Part shown: in pieces, positions 37,926 to 48,823 of the stretch
How the letters are laid out: each line of letters starts with the position of its first letter
Numbering within the stretch: position 1 is the stretch's first letter
Made by a program: the position numbers and the translations under genes
Notes under the pieces: model-generated
The model's database searches: none
The model's input: only the letters and a program-made list of their open reading frames with translations
What the model was told of the DNA's origin: nothing
Source of the DNA: an uncultured Clostridia bacterium
GTDB lineage: Bacteria > Bacillota > Clostridia > TANB77 > CAG-508
Assembly: GCA_934162535.1 (NCBI GenBank)
Contig: CAKPJC010000004.1
Location: 30,540 to 94,539 of the forward strand
DNA length: 64,000 nucleotides
Direction of reading: 5' to 3'

Positions 37926-39743
37926 TTATTTTGTTTCTGGTATTATTATATCAAATGTTGTTCCTTTTCCCTTTTCCGTCTTATATGTAATATACCCTCC
38001 AAATCTCGCCTTTATATTTGAGTATGACATGTATAGTCCTAAACCTGTTCCGTTTTTTCCCTTTGTTGTTATCATTTCTTTAAATAGTTTTTCTTGTACT
38101 TCTTCTGGTAATCCACCTGCATAATCTGTTACTGATATTATTACATTTTCTTTATCCTTACTTATTTTTAGTTCAATATTTTTGTCACGTTCTCCATTGT
38201 ATGCTTGTATTGCATTTGAAATCATGTTATTTACCACTTGAACTAATGCATTTACATCTCCATGTAATTCTAGATTTTCATCAACATTTATTATTGCATT
38301 CATATATATATATGCATTTTTCAGCTCATGTTTCATTAATATGTTTACTCTTTTTACTAACTCTGCAATTGTAAAAGTTATTTCTTTGTCATTTGATAAC
38401 GCCACTGCTTGCCCCTTTACAGTTGTTATAATGTCTGACATATATTCTATATGTGCTCTTATTTTTGGTATCCAACTTTCCATATCTTTTGCTATTTCAT
38501 GGTGGTCTTGAGAGTTTACCAATGGGTCATCTATTGATTCGTCATATTCTTTTATTAGCTCTTCTAATCCTTCCGCTGCTCCTGCAACTGACATTATTGG
38601 TGTTTTTAGGTTGTGTGCAATTCCTCCTATTAGTTGCCCTAATGAAGCTAGACGCTCTCTTTCCATTAAGATATCTTGATTATTTCTTATTGTTTCCATA
38701 TCTTGTTTATGCTGTGTAATATCTTTTAATAAAAATATTGTTCCCAATGATGTATTATCTATATTTATTGGTGTTATTTCAATTTTAAAATATTTCTTTA
38801 TATATGAAAAATGTTGTTCAAATGTTATTGTTACTTCTGCTTCATTTGCTCTTTTAAGTTCTTTTTCTATTTTAGATACTGTTCTTTTATTCATATTTTT
38901 CTTTTGTAAGAATTTAATGAAATCTTCACTTCTAATTTCTTCAGGGCTTAATTTAAAAATTTCCAAAAATGTTTTGTTAAAATCAATAACTGTATTGCTT
39001 TCATCAAGAACAACATATCCATCTGATATTCTATCAACTACTTTTTGTAATGCAATTGGTGTGATTTTCAAAAAGTTAAATTTTAATATTGCAAATGTGT
39101 AAAATATCGTCGCTATTGAAAAACTTATTGGTGTAAAACATACATTCATATCATATATTTTAAGTGTGCCTAAAACATTAATTACTATTGGAAATGCCGT
39201 TCCAATTACTATTAACACAGTTTGTTTTGAAAATGCACCCGAATTTTTGAATGATGAATTTATCATTATCCCCATACTTATTAGAAGTAATCCATAAGTA
39301 TAGATTGTATGTACATAGAAATATGGTCCATATATCATTTCATTCAAGTTCGAAGAATACATTTTGTAAAATAAGTGATGATATTTATTTGTGTAAAGTA
39401 TTATAAGTGTCAGTAATGGTATTACAAATAATAGCAAATATCGTTTTTCAAATCTTATCTTCGTATTTTTAAATATTATTGCAACAAAGAGCAATGACAC
39501 TGGCAATAAACATGTTCCTATGTATATAAAATTTTCAAATATAATTGGTTCAACATTCCCAACTGTAGTACAAACTAGTTGCGAAATTACGCCAACACTT
39601 ATAATAAAAATATTTACTAAAAGTGATGTAAATGCATATTGTAATTGTGATAATGGTCTTTTTCTAATAATATTAAATATTAATAATATTATTGAAAGTG
39701 TAGATATTACTAATAATATAAATTCTGTGTTTACTAATTCCAT
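37926..39743 (-). CDS. Sensor histidine kinase (N-terminal 7TM sensor, PAS-like, HisKA, HATPase_c)
   Basis: About seven N-terminal TM helices, H-box GGIAHNLKTP, N box NAIQA, G boxes DYAGG and GTGLGL. Confidence 0.88.
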   Translation of the reverse strand: MELVNTEFILLVISTLSIILLIFNIIRKRPLSQLQYAFTSLLVNIFIISVGVISQLVCTTVGNVEPIIFENFIYIGTCLLPVSLLFVAIIFKNTKIRFEKRYLLLFVIPLLTLIILYTNKYHHLFYKMYSSNLNEMIYGPYFYVHTIYTYGLLLISMGIMINSSFKNSGAFSKQTVLIVIGTAFPIVINVLGTLKIYDMNVCFTPISFSIATIFYTFAILKFNFLKITPIALQKVVDRISDGYVVLDESNTVIDFNKTFLEIFKLSPEEIRSEDFIKFLQKKNMNKRTVSKIEKELKRANEAEVTITFEQHFSYIKKYFKIEITPINIDNTSLGTIFLLKDITQHKQDMETIRNNQDILMERERLASLGQLIGGIAHNLKTPIMSVAGAAEGLEELIKEYDESIDDPLVNSQDHHEIAKDMESWIPKIRAHIEYMSDIITTVKGQAVALSNDKEITFTIAELVKRVNILMKHELKNAYIYMNAIINVDENLELHGDVNALVQVVNNMISNAIQAYNGERDKNIELKISKDKENVIISVTDYAGGLPEEVQEKLFKEMITTKGKNGTGLGLYMSYSNIKARFGGYITYKTEKGKGTTFDIIIPETK

Positions 39744-39795
39744 ATATTTCTCCCTTTAATTAAAATATAGTTTTCTCTTTAGGAAATTATTATTC

Positions 39796-42700
39796 CTATT
39801 GTATAAATCCTATTTTTTTAAAATAGTTCATATATTTTAATATATACTCTTTATCAATATCTTTCCAGAAAAATCCTATTTTTCTTAAATATTTTTCTGT
39901 AAATTCACAATCGATTTTTACATTTGATGTATATATTAATTTTTTATTTTTACTAATATCATGTATTATACCAGATAAAATTTCTTTTTTAAAGTCATCA
40001 TTTAAAGTTTCTATTAATTTTTTTGTCATTTCAGCTTCATTAATACCTTTAATATTAATTCCTATCTCATTTAAAGTATTAATAAATAATTTTATTGGTA
40101 ATAATTTCGGATTATATATATGAAAAACATTACATTCACTATTATATTGTAATATTTTGATAACCGCTTCTGCGCATAAATCTACTGGTCCCAGTTCAAC
40201 AGAATGCTGTAATAAATATTCGGGAAATACACCTAATTCTATAAATGATTTTAATCTTTTTGCAAATGCATTTTCCTCAACATTTTGTTGGAATATGCCA
40301 TCACTATATCTATTTGTAATATTACCCATTCTCAAAATCTGTGCATCAAGTCCATCCTCAATTGCTTTTAATACAATTGTTTCTGCTTGGTATTTTGTTG
40401 TTGTATATACTCCCTCTAAATTTTGCCTAATATACAAAGTATTTTCTTTAAACAACTTTTTATTGTTTATGTTTTCCTTTGTCTCTTCTATAGCTTCTTC
40501 TTTTTCTCCATTACCAGATACACTTATTGTTGAAATATGTATTAGTCTTTTTCCTAGTATTTTGCAAAAGTCAACAACATTTTGAGTTCCTAAAACATTT
40601 ATATCATTAAATAATTTTGCTGTACCAAAATGTTTTACTAGTGCACCTGCATTTATTACTGTTGTAATCTCTCTTTCGAGTAAATCTTTATCTTCCCTAG
40701 ATATTGCAAGATTTTTCTTAACAATATCTCCTTCTATTATTTGTATTCTATCTTGATATCTCTCATAATACTCATTTCCAAAATAAAATACAATTTTTTG
40801 TTTCAATCTAGCTAATGGTTCTTCATCATCTTTTCTTCTAATTAAGCAATATATTTTTCCGTCTTCCTCTTTTAAAAATTTGTCTAATACATGTACTCCT
40901 AAATATCCTGTACCGCCTATCAGAAGAATATTATTAACATTATATTTCTTTATTGTTGAAATATTTGATATTGTATTTTTTGATAAGATTTTATTAATCT
41001 CAGTATAATCATATTTTGATATATCTTTTTTAAATTCTTTGCGCTCACTTTTCATATTCGCCAATTCCTTTATCGTCGGATATTTAAATATATCAGAATA
41101 TTCAAAATCAAAATCATATTTTAATGCTTCTATTTGCATTTTTATTGCTGAAATTGAATCTCCTCCTATATCAAAGAAATTATCATATAAAGATATTTTA
41201 TTTATGTGTAAAATATTTTTCCATATTTGTAACAATTTTAATTCATCTGTGGCAAAATTATCTGGATTTTCTTCTTTAAATTCTCTTTCTTTGATTTCTG
41301 GTATCGGCAATGCTTTTCTATCTATTTTTCTATTTATTGAATAAGGCATTTTCTTTAAATGTACAATATAAGTCGGAACCATATATTGTGGTAAATATTT
41401 TTTCAAAAATGCTTTTATCTCAGTTTCTGTAACATCAATCATGTCGTCTGTAACATAATACCCACATAGAGAATCTTTATTATCAATTGTAACTTTATTT
41501 ACAACAGCTGATGATATACCTGGATATTCTTCCATTTTATTTTCAATCTCTCCAAGTTCAATTCTTAAACCTCTTAATTTTACTTGATTGTCAATTCTTC
41601 CTAAGCATTGAACTTTTCCATCAAATGTCCATCTACCAATATCACCTGTTTTATACATTTTTCCTTCACCATATTTATTTGGCAAAAACTTCTCTTGAGT
41701 CAATTCTGGATTTCCTAAATACCCTTCTCCAACTTGTATTCCAGAAATATAAATTTCTCCTACAACTCCAATTGGAACTCTTTTCATATTTTTATCTAAT
41801 ATATGTATTTGTGTATTCATTATTGGTGGTCCTGTTGTAATTTCTGTTTCTCCATTTAAATTTTGAACATTTGATAAAATTGTTATTTCACTTGGTCCAT
41901 AAATATTAAATACTGTTATATCATCTGCAAGTACTTTTAAATCTTTAACAAACTTTTCTGGCAAAGGTTCTCCTCCAAAAACCATATTTTTCACTAATTT
42001 TAATGGTGAGTCTTCTCTTTTATTATCATATATTATTTTCATTAAACTTGGTGTTACTGTCATGACATCTGTATTGTATTTTTCCATCAGGTTTTCAAGT
42101 AATGTAGGATTTCTATGTTCAGCATTATTTGCCATAACTATTTTTTGTCCATGTGTTAATGAAACAATTATTTCATATACAAATATATCAAATGGTGTTG
42201 ATGTTACTGATAATAATGTATGAATCTTACCATCATGTAAATAATCTAATGCTTTTGTCATTGCTTTAGACATATTTGCTAATCCTACTTGATTTAACAT
42301 TACTCCTTTTGGAATTCCTGTTGAACCTGATGTATATATAATATAAGATAAGTCTTCCATTTTTATATCTACATTTGGTCTGTTTAAGTTTTTATTGTAT
42401 AGTTCATTATCTAAATCAATTTCTATACAATTAGGAATCTCTTTTACTCTATCTTTTAATTCTCTTTGTGTTAACACATATTGTGATTTGCTATTTTCAA
42501 TATAATGTTTGGTTCTGTCTAACGGATATGTTGGGTCTATGTTTAAAAATGCCCCACCAGCTTTAAGTATTGCATACATTGCAACAATTGTTTCTATTGA
42601 CCTATTTGTCATTATACAGACAATGTCATTTCTTTTTATTCCTTTTTCTATAAGATGGTTTGCTAAACTATTGGCTTTCTCATCTAATTCTTTATATGTT

Positions 42701-45700
42701 ATTTTTTTGTCTTCACATATAACTGCAATATTATTTGGATTTTCATCAACCTGTTTTTCAATCAAATATGCTGTTGTATCATTATTTATTTCTCCATCTG
42801 TCTCATTGAATTTTTCCAACAACTTATTTTCTTTTTCTGTTATTATATTTATATCATCTATCTTAATCTCATTGTTATTTAATATCTGTTCTATTACATA
42901 CATATAATGCTCAAAGAAATTTATAATTGTGTCTTTTTTAAATAAGTCACTACAATATTCTATATTTATAGTATGTATTTTTGGTCTTATTTCAATTGAT
43001 AAATTATATTTTGCTATATTATTGTATAATTCTAAAACATTTATATTTTTTCCATTTAACTTTACCATATTTTCTTCTTTATTTTGATATGTAAACATCA
43101 CGTCAAATAGAGGATTTCTTGAATTATCAGTTTTTACTCCTAATTTTTTTATAAGCATATCAAAAGGATATGGTTGATATGATAAATCATTTAGCACTTG
43201 CTCTTTTACCTTTTCTAAAAATTCTTCATATGTTTCATTTCCATTTATATTCCCTCTAATTGCAATATTATTTACAAACATTCCTATCATTCTTTTTGTT
43301 TCATTTCTATTTCTGTTTGCTATAGGGCTACCTAAAATTATCTCATTTTGGTCTGTGTATTTATATAATAATATCAAAAGTGCTGATACAAATAGCATAT
43401 ATGGTGATGCCCCTATCTTTTTTGCATATCTTTCTATTTTTCTAAATTTTTTTTCATCAATAACATTAATTATTTTATTACCATTATAGCTTCTATTGGC
43501 TAAAAGTTTATAATCATAAGGTAAGTTTGTAGGTGTGAATTTACAATCCTTCAATTTTTTTACCCAATAATTTTCACTTGGTAATATTTCTTTACTTTGA
43601 TTATGCTTATTCTCCCAAACAGAATAATCCTTATATTGTATTGGTAAGTTTTTTAAATCTGAACCATTATATAACCTATTAAACTCTATAATCAAGTTAT
43701 TTAGTGATATTCCGTCCATAATCATATGATGTGCATCTACTAATAATATTGTACTTTTTTCATCAATATAATGGACTTCTACTCTAAACAATATTTCATC
43801 TTCTAATCTAAAAGGCTTAGTGAAATTTTTAAGTATATCTGTTATTTCCTCCTGTGTATTATAGTAAACTGGTATGTCAAACTTGATATTATCACATACC
43901 TTTTGCACTATTTCTCCATCTTCTATTTCAAATTTTGTTCTTAAAATTTCATGTCTTTTAGTTATTTTAGAAAATACTTCTTTAATTTTTTTAATATTTA
44001 AAATTTCATCAATTATAATTCCACCTGGTGTATTATAAACGACATTATTTTCACCTATCATTTTTGAATTATAATATATTCTTTTTTGTGCTGATGATAA
44101 TGGATATGTTTTTTGTACTGGTGCTTTTTCTATCTTTACATTTGATACATCTTTTGATTTATTTTTCTCAATATAATCTGATATGTCTTTTATTGTATAG
44201 TTTGATAATATATCTTTTATGTTTATTTGCACATTATATTCTGAGACTATTTTAGTTGATAAAGTTATTGCTGTAAGCGAATCCCCACCAAGTTGAAGTA
44301 ATGTATCATTTATGCTAACTTTGTCTATTTGCAACATCTTTTTAATTCTTCTTGCTAATTTTCTGTCTATTTCATTTCTAGGTTTTACAAACTCATTTTC
44401 ACTTTCTTCCAAGTTAGGTTCTGGTAATTCTAGTCTATCAATTTTTCCATTTGGTGTATGTGGTATTTTATCAAGTTTTACAAAATATTGTGGTATCATA
44501 TATTCTGGTAATTTTGAATGTAATATTGTTTGTAAAACAGATTTATTTACAGACCCGTTTTCCACATAATATGCACATAATGTGTCTTTACCATTTACAA
44601 CTTTTTTTACAACAACACAATCCGCTATATTATAAATTGATTGCATTTGACTTTCTATTTCCGCAAGTTCAATTCTTAATCCTCTTATTTTTACTTGATT
44701 ATCAATTCTTCCACAACAAGTTATTTCTCCATTTTCATTAAATGCACCTAAATCTCCTACTTTGTACATTATTTTTGAACTATCAAAAATATCCTGAATG
44801 AAGTTTGCTTTTGTCTGTTCTTCTTTATTTATGTATCCTTTTCCTACGCCGTCTCCCGATATATATATTTCCCCAATTGTTCCTTGTGGCACTATTTTTT
44901 TATTTTTGTTTACTATGTATATTTGTGTATTATGTATTGGTCTTCCTATAGTTATTGTTTTTTCATCTGTTACATCTGATACAGTTGAAAATATTGTTGT
45001 TTCAGATGGTCCATATCCATTATATATTGTTACATCTGGAATCATGCTTTTTATTGTATTTACTAGTGCTTTTGGTAATGGTTCTCCTGCTAGCATAATA
45101 TATTTTAAGCTTTTTAAGTTCTCTTCATTTTTTATATTTCCAATATGAAATTTCATTACAGATGGCGTTGTTTGCATTATCTCTATTTTATTTTCTTTTA
45201 TAATTCTTTCTATTTCAGTTGTCATTTTTTGTTCATTTTCATTTGTTAGATATACTGTTAGTCCTCTTGTTAATGACATTAATGATTCAAATGCAAATAT
45301 GTCAAATGCAATTGTTGTTATTGATAGTATTTTGTGATTTTTTCTATCTTGTAAATATCTTATCATTGTTTTCATAGAGTTATAGAAGTTACTTAAATTT
45401 TTCTGTTTTAGCATTACTCCTTTTGGAGTTCCTGTTGAACCTGATGTGTATATGAAATATGATAAGTCTTCTGGTTTAGATATGTTGTCTATATTTTCTT
45501 TGTCTTTTTCATATATTTTAGGGTCTCTTATATCTATTATTGTTTTGTCTGTATTGATTCTACCTTTTTCGCTTGTCAATAATATCTTTGCATTACTGTC
45601 TTGTAGCATATATTCTATTCTTTCATTTGGATAGTCTATTGCGATTGGAATATAGCTTCCTCCTGCTTTTAATACTGCTATCATTGATATTAATACTTCT

Positions 45701-47250
45701 GGTGAACGTTTTTCTAATATTCCAACTATTGTATTGTTTGTTACTCCTTTTTCTCTTAATAAATGTGCTAAACTATTTGCCTTTTCATTTAATTGTTTAT
45801 ATGTTATTTTTTCATTTTCAAATACTATTGCTATTTCGTTTGGCGTAAGTTCTACTTGCTCTTCAAAATATTTTACGAATGGTTTATTTTTATCATATTC
45901 TAATTCTGTTTTGTTGAAGTCTTTTAATAACTTTTTCTTTTCTATAGGTGTTACTATATCAATATTTTTTAGTTTTATGTTTTCATCAGATATAGTTTGC
46001 ATTATGATATTTATAATTCTCTCATGTATTTCTTCTATGTCCCTTTTTTTGTATACACTTGTTTTATAGTCATATGATATATTTAACTCACCTGTATCAT
46101 TAAGGTCGAATATTTGTATGTCAATGTCTTCAGCACAACAACCGTTAAAATTCCATTCTGTTTTATATTCTACTCCACTACTGTTTTGCGTTGTATTTGT
46201 TATTTGGTATGATAACAATATGTTGTATAGACTTGGTATGTTTTTATCTCGTTCTCTTAAGTCTTCTAGTATATATTGATAAGAGTATTTTTGGTGTTTT
46301 AACATTCCCATTGAATCTATTGCAATGTTTTTTACGAATTGCTTGAATTCGATTTCCTCATCTATATTGATTTTTAATGGTGCCATATTTACGAACATCC
46401 CTGCTGTGTTTTTTTCTTTATAGTTTGTTCTATTTAGTATTGGAGTTCCTATAACAAATTCGTCTAAATTTGATATTTCCCCTATATATATTGCATATAC
46501 TGCCATAAAAAAGTTGTATAATGATATTTTATTTGTCTTGCAGTATTCTTTTATTTTTTCCATTTTTTCTTTTTCTATTGTATATTGATTTCTTTCTCCA
46601 GTAGGATTACTTTTATCTATATTTCCTTTTATACTTCCTGGTATTACAGCAATGTCTGGTATTGTTTTAAATTTTTCATCCCAATATTGCTTGTCTTTTT
46701 TAAACTTTTCACTGTTTTTGTATTCTTTTTCTGTATTGATATAGTCAATATAAGAATATTCTTCTTTTGACTCAATTGTTTTGTTTTGTTTTATTGCTGA
46801 ATATGTTTCGATTATTTCATTATAAATAAGCGCTATTGTCCACGCGTCTGAAATCAAATGGTGCATAATAGGCACAAAAGCCCCTTTACCATTTGGAAAC
46901 GTAAAGATATAAAATTTTGCTAGTGGCTCTTCTTCAATCTTAAAAGGCTCTCTTGCTATTTTCTCTTGTTTTTCTCTAAACTCTTCTTCGCTTTGTACTT
47001 CAATTATTTTTATCTCACAGTTATCATTGTTAGAAATTGTTTGCACAATTTCTCCTTCATCAATTTTGAAACGCAATTTAAAATTGTCATGTTTTTTATA
47101 AACATGCTTAATTGCTTGTTTTAATTTTTCAAATTCAATTTCTTCATTAAATGTTGCAGTTCCACATATATTATTTACACTGCTTCCTTTAAAATATTGT
47201 TCCACACTCCATATCGATTTTTGTGGTGCGGTTAATTTTTCGATTTTCAT
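39796..47250 (-). CDS. Two-module non-ribosomal peptide synthetase, C-A-T-C-A-T-R (terminal thioester reductase)
   Basis: C domains HHLISDAWT and HHMIMDGIS. A domains YTSGSTGTPKG / YTSGSTGIPKG with GYGPSE / IYGPSE and YKVGDLG / YKTGDIG. T domains GGDSLTAI and GGDSISAI. C-terminal NAD(P)-binding LLIGGTGYLGVHV reductase. Start is the ATG at 47250 or the GTG at 47256, after RBS AGGTGGAG; the track gives 47277. Confidence 0.92.
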   Translation of the reverse strand: MKIEKLTAPQKSIWSVEQYFKGSSVNNICGTATFNEEIEFEKLKQAIKHVYKKHDNFKLRFKIDEGEIVQTISNNDNCEIKIIEVQSEEEFREKQEKIAREPFKIEEEPLAKFYIFTFPNGKGAFVPIMHHLISDAWTIALIYNEIIETYSAIKQNKTIESKEEYSYIDYINTEKEYKNSEKFKKDKQYWDEKFKTIPDIAVIPGSIKGNIDKSNPTGERNQYTIEKEKMEKIKEYCKTNKISLYNFFMAVYAIYIGEISNLDEFVIGTPILNRTNYKEKNTAGMFVNMAPLKINIDEEIEFKQFVKNIAIDSMGMLKHQKYSYQYILEDLRERDKNIPSLYNILLSYQITNTTQNSSGVEYKTEWNFNGCCAEDIDIQIFDLNDTGELNISYDYKTSVYKKRDIEEIHERIINIIMQTISDENIKLKNIDIVTPIEKKKLLKDFNKTELEYDKNKPFVKYFEEQVELTPNEIAIVFENEKITYKQLNEKANSLAHLLREKGVTNNTIVGILEKRSPEVLISMIAVLKAGGSYIPIAIDYPNERIEYMLQDSNAKILLTSEKGRINTDKTIIDIRDPKIYEKDKENIDNISKPEDLSYFIYTSGSTGTPKGVMLKQKNLSNFYNSMKTMIRYLQDRKNHKILSITTIAFDIFAFESLMSLTRGLTVYLTNENEQKMTTEIERIIKENKIEIMQTTPSVMKFHIGNIKNEENLKSLKYIMLAGEPLPKALVNTIKSMIPDVTIYNGYGPSETTIFSTVSDVTDEKTITIGRPIHNTQIYIVNKNKKIVPQGTIGEIYISGDGVGKGYINKEEQTKANFIQDIFDSSKIMYKVGDLGAFNENGEITCCGRIDNQVKIRGLRIELAEIESQMQSIYNIADCVVVKKVVNGKDTLCAYYVENGSVNKSVLQTILHSKLPEYMIPQYFVKLDKIPHTPNGKIDRLELPEPNLEESENEFVKPRNEIDRKLARRIKKMLQIDKVSINDTLLQLGGDSLTAITLSTKIVSEYNVQINIKDILSNYTIKDISDYIEKNKSKDVSNVKIEKAPVQKTYPLSSAQKRIYYNSKMIGENNVVYNTPGGIIIDEILNIKKIKEVFSKITKRHEILRTKFEIEDGEIVQKVCDNIKFDIPVYYNTQEEITDILKNFTKPFRLEDEILFRVEVHYIDEKSTILLVDAHHMIMDGISLNNLIIEFNRLYNGSDLKNLPIQYKDYSVWENKHNQSKEILPSENYWVKKLKDCKFTPTNLPYDYKLLANRSYNGNKIINVIDEKKFRKIERYAKKIGASPYMLFVSALLILLYKYTDQNEIILGSPIANRNRNETKRMIGMFVNNIAIRGNINGNETYEEFLEKVKEQVLNDLSYQPYPFDMLIKKLGVKTDNSRNPLFDVMFTYQNKEENMVKLNGKNINVLELYNNIAKYNLSIEIRPKIHTINIEYCSDLFKKDTIINFFEHYMYVIEQILNNNEIKIDDINIITEKENKLLEKFNETDGEINNDTTAYLIEKQVDENPNNIAVICEDKKITYKELDEKANSLANHLIEKGIKRNDIVCIMTNRSIETIVAMYAILKAGGAFLNIDPTYPLDRTKHYIENSKSQYVLTQRELKDRVKEIPNCIEIDLDNELYNKNLNRPNVDIKMEDLSYIIYTSGSTGIPKGVMLNQVGLANMSKAMTKALDYLHDGKIHTLLSVTSTPFDIFVYEIIVSLTHGQKIVMANNAEHRNPTLLENLMEKYNTDVMTVTPSLMKIIYDNKREDSPLKLVKNMVFGGEPLPEKFVKDLKVLADDITVFNIYGPSEITILSNVQNLNGETEITTGPPIMNTQIHILDKNMKRVPIGVVGEIYISGIQVGEGYLGNPELTQEKFLPNKYGEGKMYKTGDIGRWTFDGKVQCLGRIDNQVKLRGLRIELGEIENKMEEYPGISSAVVNKVTIDNKDSLCGYYVTDDMIDVTETEIKAFLKKYLPQYMVPTYIVHLKKMPYSINRKIDRKALPIPEIKEREFKEENPDNFATDELKLLQIWKNILHINKISLYDNFFDIGGDSISAIKMQIEALKYDFDFEYSDIFKYPTIKELANMKSERKEFKKDISKYDYTEINKILSKNTISNISTIKKYNVNNILLIGGTGYLGVHVLDKFLKEEDGKIYCLIRRKDDEEPLARLKQKIVFYFGNEYYERYQDRIQIIEGDIVKKNLAISREDKDLLEREITTVINAGALVKHFGTAKLFNDINVLGTQNVVDFCKILGKRLIHISTISVSGNGEKEEAIEETKENINNKKLFKENTLYIRQNLEGVYTTTKYQAETIVLKAIEDGLDAQILRMGNITNRYSDGIFQQNVEENAFAKRLKSFIELGVFPEYLLQHSVELGPVDLCAEAVIKILQYNSECNVFHIYNPKLLPIKLFINTLNEIGINIKGINEAEMTKKLIETLNDDFKKEILSGIIHDISKNKKLIYTSNVKIDCEFTEKYLRKIGFFWKDIDKEYILKYMNYFKKIGFIQ

Positions 47251-47408
47251 TTTCACTTTTCTCCACCTTTTATTCAATTTGCCTATTTAAGTATACCATT
47301 TTATTACAAATTTTGCAAATTTTGTTTTAATTTTTATGTTTTTTTTGTTTATTTTTTTATATTTTTCATTATAATATATAAAATATTTAGGATTTGGAGG
47401 AATTTTTG

Positions 47409-48516
47409 ATGAATAAATTTAAAAAGTTTTTGATTTGTTTTTTCGTTATTTTTTGCATCGTCGCATTTTCATATTATTTGTTTGTGATATATAATAATAT
47501 AAATATTACTCCAGAATATGAAATTAAACAAATGAATTCCACAATTCCTGAAGAAACTGTGGATAATGTTATCGAAAATAATACTTCTGTTGCAAGTATG
47601 ATTGAAAATGTTTCTCAATGTGTTGTTGGTATTTCAAAATTGAAGTCTCATTCTAATTCGGTTTTTTCTAGTAGTTTTATTGATGAATTGGGACTTGGCA
47701 CTGGTGTTATAGTTTCTAGCAATGGCTATATTATTAGTAATTGTCATGTTACTGGTGAAAAATTGAGTACTTGCTATATTACTTTAGCAAATGGTTATAC
47801 CTACGAAGGCTCCGTTATGTGGTGTGATTCTGATTTGGATTTGTCTATTACTAAGATTAATGCTAATAATCTTCCATATGCTACAATTGGAGATTCCTCT
47901 GCTTTGAAGTCTGGTGAAAGTGTTTTTGCTATTGGTAATCCTATTGGTTTTGAGTTTAAACGTACTGTTACTTCTGGAATTATTAGTGCTACAAATAGAA
48001 CTATTAAAATCGAAGAGGATGGTAATGTTTGTTATATGTCTAATTTGATTCAAACTGATGCTTCTATTAATCCTCGGTAATAGTGGTGGTCCTTTGATTT
48101 TTCCTAATGGAGAAATTATTGGGATTAATACTGTTAAGATTACCTCTGCCGAGGGAATCGGATTTGCTGTTCCTATTAATGTTATTAAAACTGTTATTGA
48201 GAGCTTTGTAACTCAGAATAGTTTCGATGAGGCTTATTTGGGTATTTTTGCCTATGATAAAGAGATTATTCCTTATATTAATTCATCAAGTGCTTCCTCT
48301 GGTGTTTATATTGTTAATATTAATGAGAATAGTCCTGCTTTTTCTAGTGGAATTAAGGTTGGAGATATTATTTCGTCTATTGATGGTCGTTCTATTAATT
48401 CTATGCTAGAACTTAGATCTTATATTTATTCTAAAGCTCCTGGCGATGTTATTTCTATAGTTGTTAGTCGAGGATATGTTTCCCGAACTTATGATGTTAC
48501 TTTGGATAGAAAATGA
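47409..48516 (+). pseudogene. htrA: HtrA/DegP-family S1C serine protease with PDZ domain, interrupted by one +1 shift at an in-frame CGG (48075-48077)
   Basis: ORFs 47394-48080 and 48058-48516 join if the C at 48075 is skipped. This gives [28 protein letters not shown], the catalytic-Ser motif GNSGGP. An N-terminal TM helix and a PDZ domain are present. ATG at 47409 after RBS GGAGG. Confidence 0.85.
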
Positions 48517-48587
48517 TTTAGCCTGCATTCCGGAACTGAAACTTTTATATGATAGAAAGTTTGAAAAGTTTTTCCATTGCATATCAA

Positions 48588-48637
48588 AAAACTCTGTTAG
48601 AAGTTGTTGATATTTCAACCTCACAGAGTTTTTGTTT
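48588..48637 (+). terminator. Terminator after htrA
   Basis: Stem AACTCTGT ... ACAGAGTT enclosing a second small hairpin, followed by TTTGTTTG. Confidence 0.5.
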
Positions 48638-48638
48638 G

Positions 48639-48683
48639 TGGTGTGCCCAGAGGGATTTGAACCCCCGATCTCAAAGTTCGTAG
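48639..48683 (-). tRNA. 3' fragment (anticodon loop to CCA) of tRNA-Arg(ACG); likely att-site remnant, not a complete gene
   Basis: The minus strand reads CTACGAA (anticodon loop, ACG), CTTTG, AGATC, GGGGG-TTCAAAT-CCCTC (T arm), TGGGCAC-A-CCA. No matching 5' acceptor strand (GTGCCCA), D arm or 5' anticodon stem follows. Confidence 0.65.
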
Positions 48684-48823
48684 TGCTACCATCAGAATTT
48701 ATAAAACAACTGAAAATTCAATGAAATATAGATATATCAAGCACTACATAAAAAATTAAAAATTTAAAAAAGTTTAAAGAGATTTAAAAAAAATCAAAAA
48801 AGTTTAAAATAATATAACAAAAC

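Noticed and set aside
48639-48715. A complete tRNA gene at the htrA/element junction.
   Set aside because: Only the anticodon loop, 3' anticodon stem, variable loop, T arm and acceptor 3' strand with CCA are present. The expected 5' acceptor strand GTGCCCA and the D arm are absent from the following ~40 nt.
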